From Guillardia theta CCMP2712 (taxonomy: Eukaryota; Protista; Cryptophyta): DNA of 64,000 bases. The stretch is from the NCBI RefSeq assembly GCF_000315625.1, contig NW_005434665.1, positions 493,220 to 557,219 of the forward strand. Direction: 5' to 3'. Below, one piece after another: positions 1-17,700 of this stretch (its first letter is position 1; every line of letters starts with the position of its first letter). Below the pieces are notes generated by a model. The model had not been told where the DNA came from and made no database searches. It saw only the letters and a program-made list of their open reading frames with translations. Made by a program: the position numbers and the translations under genes.

Positions 1-132
1 CAGTCTGCAGGCAATTTTCCTCCTCCTCTCCTCCTCTCCCTCTCCTTCTCGTTTTCTTTCCCCTCTTCTTCTCCTCTCCTCCTCTCCTCCTCTCCTCCTC
101 TCCTCCTCTCCACTCCTCTCATCCTCCAACAG

Positions 133-1599
<1,467 letters not shown>

Positions 1600-1600
<1 letters not shown>

Positions 1601-4600
1601 AGAAATTTCACGTTCTCTCCCTTCCTTACTCACGGGATCGCATCCTCCTCTCCTTCTCCCTCCTCTTCTCCCTCCTCTGCTTGTCCCTCCTCCTCGCCGC
1701 CCTCGCCGCCCTCCCCCAGCACCTCCTCTGCTCCCTCCTCCGGCTCAAATATCTCCTCTTGCCCGTTTTGAGTGCTGAGAAACCTCCTGCTCGCCGTTCA
1801 CACCAGCCCCACAGCAGTTGACACGGGGAAGATGAGAAATGAGGACGAGGATGGACGAAGAAGAAGGAGCAGGAGCAGGAGCAGGAGCAGGAGGGTGGGA
1901 TCAGCAGGAGGAGGGTGGGACGAGGAGCTACCTGAAGCAGTTCTGCTGGAGCATGTGCAAGAGAGGTCGTAGGGTGGAAATGTGAGTCTTGGCCTTGGAA
2001 ATGTCTCCCTCTTCATGTAGAATCTTATCCAACTCAGTCACCTGAAAACCCTTAGTCCTCCTGCTCCCCCTGCTCCTCCTGCTCCTCCTGACTCTCCCCC
2101 TCCCTCCCCTCCCTCTTCCTCCCATCGTCCTTCTCTTACCCCTTGGACTAGCGACTCGACTGCTGACGTCTCCGGTCTCTGCTAGAAGAAGGGTGAGGAG
2201 GAGATCGCAGAGCGAAGATTTCTAGAGGGAGGGGGAGCAGAGCGACGAGAAAGGGAAAAGGAGGAGGAGGAAGCGGAGGAGGAGGAGGGGGGAGGATAAA
2301 GAGAGAGGGGGAGGACAGAACCTTGGAGATGTCGTTTGGCTCCAGGAGGTTGTTCTTCGCGTAAGGGGAGTCGAAGGCGCCAGAGGCGTTGGAGATGGAG
2401 GCCATGGCCTGCAAGAGGAGAGTCAAGGCGACAAGGGACTGAGAGGTTGGCTGATGAAGAAACGAAGATGCTGCAGACGAGGAAGGAGGTTGGACAGAGG
2501 ATGGCCTGGGGGCGGGGGAGAAAGGAGGAGAGGACAATGTGGGACCAAGATATAACACGGAAAAAAGAGGAAGGGAGAGGAACGAAACAAGCTAAACGAG
2601 AATGGGGTGGGTGGGAGTGAGGGAGACCTTTCTTATGAGATGGTTGTACAGGCGTGGAGATCCGTTCAAGAGTTTCCACATCTGGGGACCCTGGCAGATC
2701 GTGCAGATTAGACCGGTCCTGCATCCTCTCCGACGCTTACTTTGATCTCGAGCACCTCAACACATGTGATCGCATGAACATCAACCGTTCGTTGCCTCGA
2801 GACCATGAGCGCAACCTGGACAAGGAGCAAGTCACCGTCCTACTGCAATCGCTCGCTTCTTCCCTCTCCTCCCCTCCAACAACCCTTACCTCTCCGAAGA
2901 AATCTCCTGAGTTCAATCTTGCCACCTCCTTTCCACTGTTGGTCACCCTCACTGCATCAACGTCATTCACCTTCCCCTTGCCCTCCCTCCCTCCCTCCCT
3001 CCCTCCCTCCCTCCTTGTCTCGCTCTCTTCCTCCTCCTCCATTACCGGATCCGTGATCGATGAAGAAAAGCGAGTCGCCAGTGGCTCCAGCATGGACAAT
3101 AGTCTATATTCGGTCTTGTGAGCGGTAGTTGCTCATGGAACAAGAGGAGGAGGAGGAGGAGAGGCAGCTGCATTTTCACCTGGTATGGACAGAACGTGGA
3201 AGCGACAAGAAGCGCATCAAACGAGCTGATCTCAGGAGGATCTTCCATGACCTTTAGAAAGAAATGTGAGCAAGAGAAGGGAGGAAACCGACGTAGAGGA
3301 GGAGATGAGCTAAGTGAAGTGTAGAGGCTGAGGAAGAAAACGGAGGCAGGAGAAGCAGGAGAGCTAATTAGACGAGCAGGAGGATGAGCTGGTAACAACA
3401 CAGGAGGCGAAGGCTGAAGGAAGACCTTGAGGAGCTTCTCAAGAGCGTTGCGACCAGGCGTCTCCTTTCCTGTGATGTCTCCCCAGCCCGTCAAGTCGAC
3501 GTTTCCTCCTCGTTGAATGTTCTCAATCGCCTGGACAACGGTCAGGAGGGAGAGGCGAGGCGAGCTTCGAGGGGCGACAAGGTCGATGGGTGTACTCACT
3601 TGGCGTTTCAAGCTTGTGTACAGCTCGGGATAGTCCGACAGGAGCACCCACAGATCTCTTGCTGACAACTGCATCGTATCATCGTCAGCTTCCCGCATCC
3701 TCTCCTCGCCTACCCTCGTCTTTCTTCCCTTCTTCCTCTCTTCCACTGCCTCCTCCCCTTCCTCCATCCTTCTTTACCTCCAGCAGCTCAGACTTCTCCG
3801 CAGCGACAACCTGGCGATGGAAGCACAAAGGAAGGTGGGCGCAGGCAAGGGGGAGACAAGGAAGGGAGGCGTCAGTATGCGAAGGAGGGAGGAGGAAGCA
3901 ACTCGCCTCTGCTGAAGTGACTTCGGCCATCATCAGACTCACTTCTCCGAAGCAATCTCCACTACTCAGCGTCCTGACTTGCTGCCCATCCACTTGGACC
4001 TCGCAGCTCCCGTGCTCGATGAAGAAGAGCGACCGACCCGACACTCCCTGCCGGATCAGAACATCTCCCGCGTTGGCGATCACCGGCCTAACACGACCTG
4101 CCATGTCCTCTTTGCAAGCGCTCGAGCAGTGAGAAAGGATCACTCCAGCACGCTGCAGTCTCTCCACGTCGACAGAGGGCTGGCTCGGTCTGCTCTGCTC
4201 CTCTCTCATATCGTTGGTGGGGGAAGCAGGGGCAAGGTGATGTGCAAAGTCGCACTCTCCCCGCACGAAGTTGTCCCATGACATGGAGCGATGGGATCCC
4301 ACGGGCGTTGCCGTTCTGGACCGATTCAGATGGTTCACTCGGCTTCCATCCAGAACTCCGTCCGCAAAATCCGACGCCCAAGGCCCTGCGATCGGCTCCG
4401 ACGCCTCCCCAGCAATCTCTCCGAGCAGCTGAACGATCGAGTCTTGACTCGTGATCTGCGACCTGTTGGCCCGATGGGAAGTAGGAGCAGGCCACAAGGA
4501 GACGTCCATGCCCATCGATCTGGGGGCCAAGGATGGCGGTGCTGCTTGAGGCATGGAGGAAACGTTGCCCCCAGCCGAGGAATTCACACTCACATCCTCC

Positions 4601-6171
4601 GCGTTGTTATTCGCCTGCGAACTATACATCTCCTGCTTCACACTCCAGTCCGATCGCGCCATAGGGTCCACTGTCGAAGTTTGTCCGAAACCAAAGGGAC
4701 GAGATTCAGCACCATCCTTGTTTTTGACTTGAAAGTCGCCGGACACGTTGACTCCCATCAAAGGAGCGTTACCCATTCCATACCCTGAAAGTTGTTGTGG
4801 TTGCTGCTGCTGCTGTTGCAAGGGCATCTGCTGCTGCTGCAACTGCATTTGCATGGATTGCTGCTGTTGCTGCAGCATTGGTGTTGACTGCTGCAGCATT
4901 GGTGTTGATTGTTGGAGCATTGGTGTTGATTGTTGGAGCATGGACATCTGCGGTTGCATCTGCTGTTGTTGTGTGGGCATGGACATCTGTTGCTGCAACT
5001 GCGGGCCAGAGCCGAGAGGAAGGCCAGAGGGATGGTTCCAGAGCCCAGCTTCTCGCATTAACCTCGAATTGGCGATTCCTTGCATCTTCGACATCAACAG
5101 AGGGTTGTTCTGCATTATGGGCAAGATGCTCAGAGCAGGAATCAAGAACAGGTTGCAAATGGTAAAAGCAACCACGTCCGCTGTCCTAGGTTCACCCGAG
5201 AGGAGAGAAATTTCACCAAAACATTCTCCTGCTTCAAGAAAAGCAATCTGTCTGCCCCGGACAGACACAGCACATCGTCCTGAGTCGATCACGAACAATG
5301 GACCTGGCGATTGTCCGGCTGAGATTATGACCTGCCCAGCTTGTGCAGTGACTGGCTGCATCATGTTCACAATATCAGAAACAAGAGAAGCATCAAGGCC
5401 CATCAGGATTTGCAATCTTTGTGCAAGCTCCATCATTCTCTGGCCAAGCATTCCTGGCACATTGCTCACAGGCATCGACGATGACATATTGGGTTGCATT
5501 CTACGGGATGGACCGACATAAACCATCAACATTTGAACTTTGTCTCCAGATTGACCGACGATGGAAACGATGTCTACCTTGTAGCTCCTAAAGTTGTTGC
5601 CGTTCATGTCGCCCACTCGGCCGAGGCGGAGGTGCATGAAAACCTTGTCACCGTTGGGACTGGACGAACGAGAAATCCTTGAGAGAAGGTCCACCAGACT
5701 CTGGGCGTCCTGGGGATGAACGATCGATTGCACACTCATTCCAATGATAGATGCCCGGGGTGAGGAAACCATCTCGCTAAGTACAGGATTGACTCTCACG
5801 AATCTCCACTGTTTGTCCAAGACAGCGACGCCCACCATGGGACTTGAGTCCATCACCTGGGATATCAGGCTGTACTGGTGGCTCTCACCGCCCTTCCCCT
5901 TGTTCTTCAGGATGTTACCAACATGTTCAGCTGCAAGCTTGAGGCACTGATTGAGCGTGCGAGGTCCTGAAGATGACTCGGGGAGCAAGCAGTCCAACTC
6001 GTGCAGCTTGTTCTTGGTCGCCCTTCGACGGTCTCGCTCTGCTGCAAGGTGCCGCTCTACGTTGCGACGTCTCGTCTTCGTGCCCGCTCCACCAACCTGA
6101 TCTGCATTGTCTGATCCAAAGTCATCGGCGTTTCCATCGCCTTCTTTCTTCAAAACTACCTCGTTGGACAT
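1600..6171 (-). CDS. bHLH-PAS transcription factor fused to three cyclic-nucleotide-binding domains (CNBDs), multi-exon; 3' end approximate
   Basis: ATG at 6171. bHLH: RHLAAERDRRRATKNKLHELDCLLP...TLNQCLKLAAEHV. PAS: GVAVLDKQWRFVRVNPVLSEM...IIGMSVQSIVHPQD. CNBD1: AGQVIISAGQSPGPLFVIDSGRC...GECFGEISLLSGEPRTADV. Then a Gln-rich linker and CNBD2: AGDVLIRQGVSGRSLFFIEHGSC...GDCFGEVSLM. CNBD3 is assembled from small exons at ~3250-2620: TIVHAGATGDSLFFIDHGS/VRVTNSGKEVARLNSGDFFGE/VALMVSRQRTVDVHAITCVEVLEIK. Confidence 0.85.
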
Positions 6172-7149
6172 CTCACGTCACCTAACAAGAGAAGTCCGGT
6201 TGTCAAGTGAAAGAGACAGGAAGACCTGTTATGTTTCCATCCCGTGTCTGAAATAGAAGGTGAACCACAAGCACTGTTCGCAAATGGTGAGAGAATTACA
6301 AGATTTAGAAACAAGTCAGGGAAGGAGTCAATGCGAGTGAAGGGAGGAATGATGGCGTATGGTCTGAATGAGATCAAGAGATTTCATGGGTCAGAATCAG
6401 GACAGAGATGAATGCATCTCAGAAATAGTTTGATGAGTTGATACTATGAGATGAGGATGAGAATGGTGGCTCAAACATGAGATCAGGTAGGAGTGGATTT
6501 TGAGATATCAGATGCGAAAGAATTTTTGCGGCAGCGAAAGGGCTCATTGGCAGCGAAGCTTTCTTTGGGTAGACATTGTGTCCAGAAAGCTGCAGGAAAT
6601 GGCAGGGACGGAAGGAAAAGAAGAGATGAGGTGGGGGCGGGCAGGTAAGAAGCTCTAGGAACGTTCAAGATAGCCACACAGGGAGCCAGACAGTGGGTTA
6701 TGAAAAGGACGGTGGGTAGAGCAGAAGGAGCGGAAGTCATTGAACAAGGGACAGCAGTAGGAAATGGAGGGAGGGGAGAAGAGAAATGAGGAGGAAGAGG
6801 ATAGGAAGCGAGAGAGGGAGGGGACGTTAGATCGAGTTAGGCGGGGGGAGGAGAAGCATGGCGGAGGCGGGGGGAGCAAAGGAGAGGGGGGAACGGGAAT
6901 GACAGAGGGGTCCTCAAAAGGATGAGCTGCAAGTGGGATGAAAGGGTGGTCAGGGTAGAGGATTGTTCGAATGAAGTATTAGGAAAAATGAGGTAAGGTA
7001 TGATAGAGATGCAATGACCCCAGAAGATATTGAATAGCCTGTTCTAGGAGGTGGGGTGAATAGGTCTAAATTAAAGAACTTTTCCGAGTTCGCCTCAGAC
7101 TATCTCATAAGTGTATGTCAAGACAGAAAATATTTATTTAACGGAATAA

Positions 7150-8100
7150 CCTCAAGGTTGCGAGGCAGCAGCCTGATAAGCCAGCCACCATAGAGCTATC
7201 AGTGCCGCTGAGCGCGGCCCGTGTCGCCCGGGCACCGGGTCCGGAGCCTCCCGGAGTCCCCGGAGTACGGTGCGGTCCGTACGGTCCGATCGCCGGATCG
7301 GACCGTCGGTCCCGGACTCCGAGGCTCCGGGAATCTCGACCCGCCGCGGCGGCCGCGGCGCGGGGCAGTGGGTCACGGCGCCATCAGCAACGTGAACTTG
7401 AGACTGGTGACGGTTCGGAACTCAGTGCCCGCCCTCACTGATTCCGAGTTCAAGTTTTCTGATTTACTTGAACTTCACAGCGGCCCCGGTCGGGTAGTGA
7501 GCCTGGTCCCGGGTACCGTACTCACAGTCTGGGCTGACCATCCGATCGGACATGGTGAATCGGGGGTCCGAACTAAATCGGAAGCACGGCTCAGCGGCTC
7601 AGTGATCCGAGACTCTGGAGTGACGGAGTCAGCATACCGACGGTGGCAGACCGTCAGTGAATTTGAAGGTTGAGCCTCCGTCACGCGGCCACCCAGTGCG
7701 TGATGCCATTAAACTTTCAAGGCTCAAAGTTAAGTGCCATTAAGTTCGGCTGCCGGCGCCGCACGGAATTCATTAAATTCATTTAATGACAGTAGATCCC
7801 GTGGGACTGCCAGCACTGACTTCAATCCGGGCATGCAAGCTAATATCAACATCACACATTGCGGTCCCCGCGGCGATCGCCAGCCTAGGAGCGGGGGGCG
7901 GCGCCAACTCCGGCAAATCACAGTGTTGCGGGGCAGTGATCCTACCCGACAGCCGCTGGCCGGCCCGGCCCACGAGTGACTGCCTACGGTCAGCAAGCTA
8001 AGGCTCCGACTCCGAGCACCGTCGTCAGGAGCCTGAGAGGCCCAGTAGCCCGGCACCGTTCACGGTTGGGGTGCGGCGGCGGTTCGGAGCATGCGATCAG
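7150..8100. repeat. GC/CpG-rich intergenic mosaic of short palindromes
   Basis: Dense CCGTACGG, CGATCG, GCGGCCGC, CCCGGG and TCAGT/ACTGA words with no credible ORF. The same vocabulary recurs at 11460-11830, 56360-57320, 59165-60160 and 62390-62650. Confidence 0.6.
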
Positions 8101-8470
8101 TGCTGTGGTAGCCCGGGCAGCCCCCGCCACAGCGGCAGATGAAGAGGTTCAACCGGAAGTTGACCTCTGAAGGCTCCACTTTGTGACTACGCCGGGGCTC
8201 TAGGCAAGGGTTGCAGCTTGTGCAGGGTGGCAGCCTTGCACGCCGTCTTCGCCTCTTTCCTTAGCCGGTGACCTCGGCGATGAACCGTTGAACTGCCCGG
8301 GCCTTGAAATGTCAGTGAGTAGATCAACTCCCGGTGCCTTGGCGGTGGATGTTTTCCAATGGAATGCTCAAACGCAGCTGGGTCAGACTCCACCATTTGC
8401 ATTGGAGGAGCTTCAGGTCAACTGCTGGGCAACAACTGGACGACAGGCAAGGGAGTTCGAACTCGGAACT

Positions 8471-10215
8471 TCACATGGTGATACAGCCATGCTTGTCCTC
8501 CACTCCCTTCAGGCTTCCTGGCTCGAATCCTGCCAGAGACTCTCCATACTCCAGCAGAACAGGTCCGCCGCCTTCGAGCTTGCTCTGCGCTCGATTCAAC
8601 AAGGACAGGGGCAGGCTGCAAGGTTAGACAAACCTGAAGGACACAATTCTCGAGTGAGTCGCTCGGGTTCAACCTCGAGCCCGAGCCGTTGAAGAGGTTG
8701 AGCTTGACGCTCCCGGGTCTGCTGTTGTTGTTCAAGATCCTTCCCCTGAGGTCAACGGGAGTCAAGAGCTTCTCATCGTCCGAACAAGAGCAAGCAGGAC
8801 TGCACCTGTCCGACAAGACATCGATCACCTTGCCCACAGTCCATCTCGCGCTCATCACGTGAAACTCCGGGGCCCGGTTAGAAGCTTGCGGGAAGTAAAC
8901 CGAGAGGAGGAAACGCTCGTTAGCTGGGATCCCAGAGGCTCCGATAGCATCTTGATACAAAAACCATCAGCGATTGGGCAACGGTCACGTCCTACAGACC
9001 TTTCGGCTTGTTCGCATGCTTCTGATTGCGGCGGTTCGACTGCCTGGTAGGAGGCGCTGCACCGCTGGCGGCAGGAGGCGGAGCACTGAAGAGGCTGCTC
9101 ATCACCCATCAGACCCCCTACGCTCTCCCTCCTGCTGACATCCTCTACCTCGAAGCTGCCTGCGCTGTCCTTTTAGCAATGTCGTTGGCGGGAAATGCTG
9201 GCATTCTAGGTTGTGAGTGGTTGGTCCGTGCATCTCCCATGCGTGCTGCTGCTGCTGCTGCTGCTGGATTGCTCTTCCCTGCTGCTGGATTGCCTTTCCC
9301 CTGCAGCCCGAGGATTCAGAACGGACGGAGCACACGACTTAGGCAAACTTTACCTTGGCGGGGCAATCATGGTCGGTTTCAAACCGGTGCTTCAAACAGA
9401 AGGGTTGCTTGCAGAGTTTGCAGGAGACCGGGACGAACTCCTGCTCTTCATCAGCATCACGTTGAGCAGACGACTCGCACGGACCTTCTCCTTGCACCCT
9501 CTAAAACTACATGCGTTAGACTTTGGCTGCTTCGCCACGACTTTCGGACACCCGGCTCGGATGTGCTGGTCAAACAAACTTGTCAGCTCGCTCGCCGCAT
9601 TCGGATAAGCTAGAACCCTGTCAACGATGGCGTTCGGGTCCTCTCCAGGCTTGATCGTTATCGCCTACAAGTCATCAGAACGAGGGTGAACTTCGACATG
9701 ACTACCTGTTGGCATAGCGGGCACACTGGAACATATTTGTCGTTCCGTGGGGGAACAGGACAAGTGTGTGCTTCTGGTTTATGATGGTTGAGACAGAATT
9801 TCTTCTTGCAGCCATCACAGCTATCAACAGCGTGTCAGCATTAAATCCGGTCAAACCATCTGATTCAAAAGATCCTCTTATTTCTTGCTGCCGCTGATAA
9901 GTCTCAACAAACAGCAGAACCTCTATCGCTGTCATGATTCATATTCTACAAATAATCCTATCGACGTCTTCAACCTGCCGGCCGTGCAGAGATCCTCTTT
10001 CGAAAGTGCCCACAACCTCCACCGACCAACACTTCTCTCGTCCCATCCTCGTTTCATGGCTCCATCCTCCATAAAAGGAGCCCCTCAAGTCGTTCAGCTT
10101 CCAACCTCCTCTCACTGGCATGTTCTCTTCCTCTCACTTACGTGAAGGGAAGGAAGTCGTTCTTCTCCATGCAGCCTCGCGCGCTACATGCGGCACCCAG
10201 TTCAGGGAACTCCAT
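8471..10215 (-). CDS. AN1-type zinc-finger protein (ZFAND2/AIRAP-like N-terminus, ZFAND1-like ubiquitin-like domain, C-terminal CaaX)
   Basis: Spliced reading: MEFPELGAACSARGCMEKNDFLPFT/CDGCKKKFCLNHHKPEAHTC...VPVCPLCQQ/AITIKPGEDPNAIVDR/HIRAGC...CSFRGCKEK/ELVPVSCKLCKQPFCLKHRFETDHDC. Then GIPANERFLLSVYFP...WTVGKVIDVL...KLNLF...GGPVLLEY, ending KHGCITM-stop (TGA at 8471-8473). Confidence 0.85.
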
Positions 10216-10416
10216 GGTCACTACAGGACCGATTACCCCACCACCTTTTGACCACGATCACTGCCTACAGTCCACCGGATACAAACAACCCCTCCCTCAA
10301 TCACCCCTCTCTATTCCTAAGTACAGAAGTCAAAGGGTGGGGTGATCACAAGGGTGTAGTCCATAGGGGGTAGGGGGTAGGGGTTATCGGAGACTACCAA
10401 GGACTTACAAGGAGCA

Positions 10417-11442
10417 ATGCGGCAGTCGCTGGTGCTTCTCTCCATGGCCTGCAGCGCAGCTGCCTTCAGCTCCCCTGGTAGCCTCCATCCTCTGAAGCTC
10501 ACTCAGCACAGCCTTCCATCCGCATGCACTGTCGCATCCTCCCTTGGCTCTGCGAGATGCAAGCTGAGGAGAGATGCGTGCAACGGACAAGCTCGTCTCA
10601 GCATGCAAGGAGATGCGTCCTTTCAGTACACTCACCTCGAGATCAACTCTCAGCTGTGGACGTTCAAGGACCAGAAGGATGAGGTCAACATCTGCGTCGA
10701 CCCCCTCGTTGGCCAGTTGGACTTCGGCCTTCCTAGTTCCGTGTACTGTGCGAAGCAGCGAGTTCTCAAGGACCCACAGGAAACCTTGCAGAAGATCGTT
10801 GAGGCTAAGCCTCGAATCATCCTGATCACACAATCTTTGGATGATCACACGCATCCACCAACCCTGAGCGCGTTGAGGAGGATGCTGCCGATGGACTCGT
10901 ACACAATTGTTGCTCCACCGAGCGCAAAGAACAAGCTTGGCCAGATTTTCCCCGAGAGAGTGATAAGGATTCTCAGGCCAGGAGAGACGGCGAGCATCGA
11001 AGGCGTCGAGCTCGCAGCGACGTCAGGGTCTCTTGTTGGGCCTCCATGGCAGGACCCGGAGAACGGTTACATCGCAACCTGGCGTGGGTTTAGCGTCTAC
11101 TACGAGCCGCACAACGACGTGGATGTTCAACAGAAGCTACGAGGGAGGAGAGCAAACGTCGTCATCGCCCCCGTCGTCGAGCAGGCCCTTCCCCTTTTCA
11201 CCCTCGTGCATGGAGCGCAGAGGGCCATCGACCTGGCCGCGCACATGGGGGCCTCCACCCTGATCCCCCTCCGCAACGGCGACGTTGACTCCTCAGGGGT
11301 TGCGAGTGCCCTTGTGCAGGAGTCCGGATCTGTGCAGGAGGCGGTCAAGATTGCGAGAGACGTCAAGGTGATTGACAATGCTCCCGGACAGCCTGTGACC
11401 ATCGACATCGATCTCGCTGGCCGCGCAATGAACCCTGTCTAG
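10417..11442 (+). CDS. Metallo-beta-lactamase-fold protein with bipartite plastid-targeting presequence; intronless
   Basis: 341-aa ORF with YTHLEINS, ICVDP, ILITQSLDDHTH, SGSLVGPPWQDPENGY, YYEPH and VVIAPV, as in the plant/cyanobacterial MBL-fold family. The N-terminus is a signal peptide ending SAAA-F, followed by a Ser/Arg-rich transit peptide. Confidence 0.85.
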   Translation: MRQSLVLLSMACSAAAFSSPGSLHPLKLTQHSLPSACTVASSLGSARCKLRRDACNGQARLSMQGDASFQYTHLEINSQLWTFKDQKDEVNICVDPLVGQLDFGLPSSVYCAKQRVLKDPQETLQKIVEAKPRIILITQSLDDHTHPPTLSALRRMLPMDSYTIVAPPSAKNKLGQIFPERVIRILRPGETASIEGVELAATSGSLVGPPWQDPENGYIATWRGFSVYYEPHNDVDVQQKLRGRRANVVIAPVVEQALPLFTLVHGAQRAIDLAAHMGASTLIPLRNGDVDSSGVASALVQESGSVQEAVKIARDVKVIDNAPGQPVTIDIDLAGRAMNPV

Positions 11443-12434
11443 ACTTGGGTAACTCGCCTGGTCTGGCATGCCCGACGACAACCGTACCGTGACCTCACAT
11501 CCTCCGAGCAGGCCGCTGACATCCACTGATGGCCGCACTGCGCCGCACGCGGCACTTATTGAACGGGTCGGCGCCGGGCAAGTCCGCCACATTGAGTTGC
11601 CGCTCAGCGCCTCAAATGGTCAACCGGTGACTGTTTCCCTTGAAGACAGTGTGCGGCAGGCTCCGAGCCCGGCTGTTAGTGTCTGAGTTACGAGGCTTCA
11701 AATCCCCCTTTCCTCTTTTGTGTGTAAATGATTGTTTGCTTGTGTTCCTCTACCATCCGGTTGACCTCTGCTCCGAATCTACTGCGCCGCTGGCGACGTA
11801 GGCCGGGCCGCGAGTCAGGGCCAGAGATCTTGAGAAGGTTTTGAGCCTCTTGGTGAGGCAGACTAGGAACTCCCTGAGAGGGTAAGGTACCATATGTCAA
11901 TACAGGTGGGTATGATCAGGGGTGTCTTGGAGCTTCAATTTCGGACAAATACAGGGGTGGGTTCTTGATTCTTGGGGTAGGGGTACAATGATGATGGGGT
12001 GGAGATGAAGAGAGATACTTCACGTGCAGGCTGTGGGAGCATGGGGGAGCATTGGGAGGGAGCGCGAGGAGGGAGAGAGGGAAGGGGAGGGAGAGGGGGA
12101 GGAGCAGGAGGGGGAGGAGGGAGAGAGGGAACAGGACAGGAGTGAGGTGGATAGGAGAGAGAAAGTGACAGCAGGATTATGAATGGCTGCGGCAGTAAGA
12201 TTGTACAACGCCGAAGCAGAAGAGAGGTAGCTTCCCTGTCAACCCGAAAGCTTCAGACCTAGAACATTTGGGCTTAACCTTGAGATGTCAGTCATTGAGT
12301 AGAATGCAGAAGATGCTGGTGTGAACGGAATTCGTGCAATGAATGCTTCTTTTCGAGATAGCAAGAGAGTTTTTGCTTCCTAATGATCTCTTCAACTCAC
12401 TCTTCCTCTTCCAGTTGAAGGATCAGCCCCAGCA

Positions 12435-17065
<4,631 letters not shown>

Positions 17066-17449
17066 GCTGCTGGGTCATTATTCTTTCACTTGTATAGTTG
17101 GGACGAGGCTGAGGAGGACGAGTGCTGGAGCTCTGCTGGGACCTCATGGGTCGGGAAGACAAGGACCCAAGCCCAGGTGTGTACATGTGTACATGTGTAT
17201 ATCTGTTTGTGTGTATATCTGTACATGTGTACGGGTGTACGGGTGTACGGGTGTATGTTTGTACATGGATATGTGTTGATACTTGTGTCGTCCCCACAAG
17301 CCTCGTCTGTCCGCGTATGACCCGCGTGTCTGCGCGTGCGATGGCCTGTGGCAGATCCTCGTGCCGCCAACCAGCGATGCTGCGGCTCCCTGACGCTTCT
17401 TGCTCGGGACCCCAACCGCAACATCGTCAAATGAGCCGCCGACATGCCT

Positions 17450-17700
17450 GATAATGATGATGATGATGATGATGGTGGTGGTGATGATGATGGTGATGAT
17501 GATGATGATGATGATGATGGTGATGGTGGTGGTGGTGGTGGTGGTGATGGTGATGGTGATGGTGGTGGTGGTAGTGGTGGTAGTGGTGGTAGTGGTGGTG
17601 GTGGTGGTGGTGATGTCGACGACGATGATGGTGATGCCGATAGTACCGATGATGGTGAGGAGGATGAGGATGGTGAGGGGGATGGGTACTGTGATGATGA
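17450..17700. repeat. Compound (GAT)/(GGT) trinucleotide low-complexity tract, flanked by TGTAC-rich tracts
   Basis: Seen directly. Nearby are TGTACA/GTGTACGG repeats (17178-17270) and a 21-bp duplication ACAGGAGATATGCTCGAGTAC (~17883 and ~17929). Confidence 0.9.

Noticed and set aside
7152-8170. ORFs inside the GC-rich mosaic blocks (also at 56453-56945 and 62331-62657)
   Set aside because: They are Arg/Pro/Gly/Ala-rich products of extreme GC content with no domain motifs.
9822-9960. Possible H/ACA snoRNA in the long ZFAND intron (minus strand)
   Set aside because: One plausible hairpin and an ACA overlapping the branch site are not enough evidence without folding or expression data.
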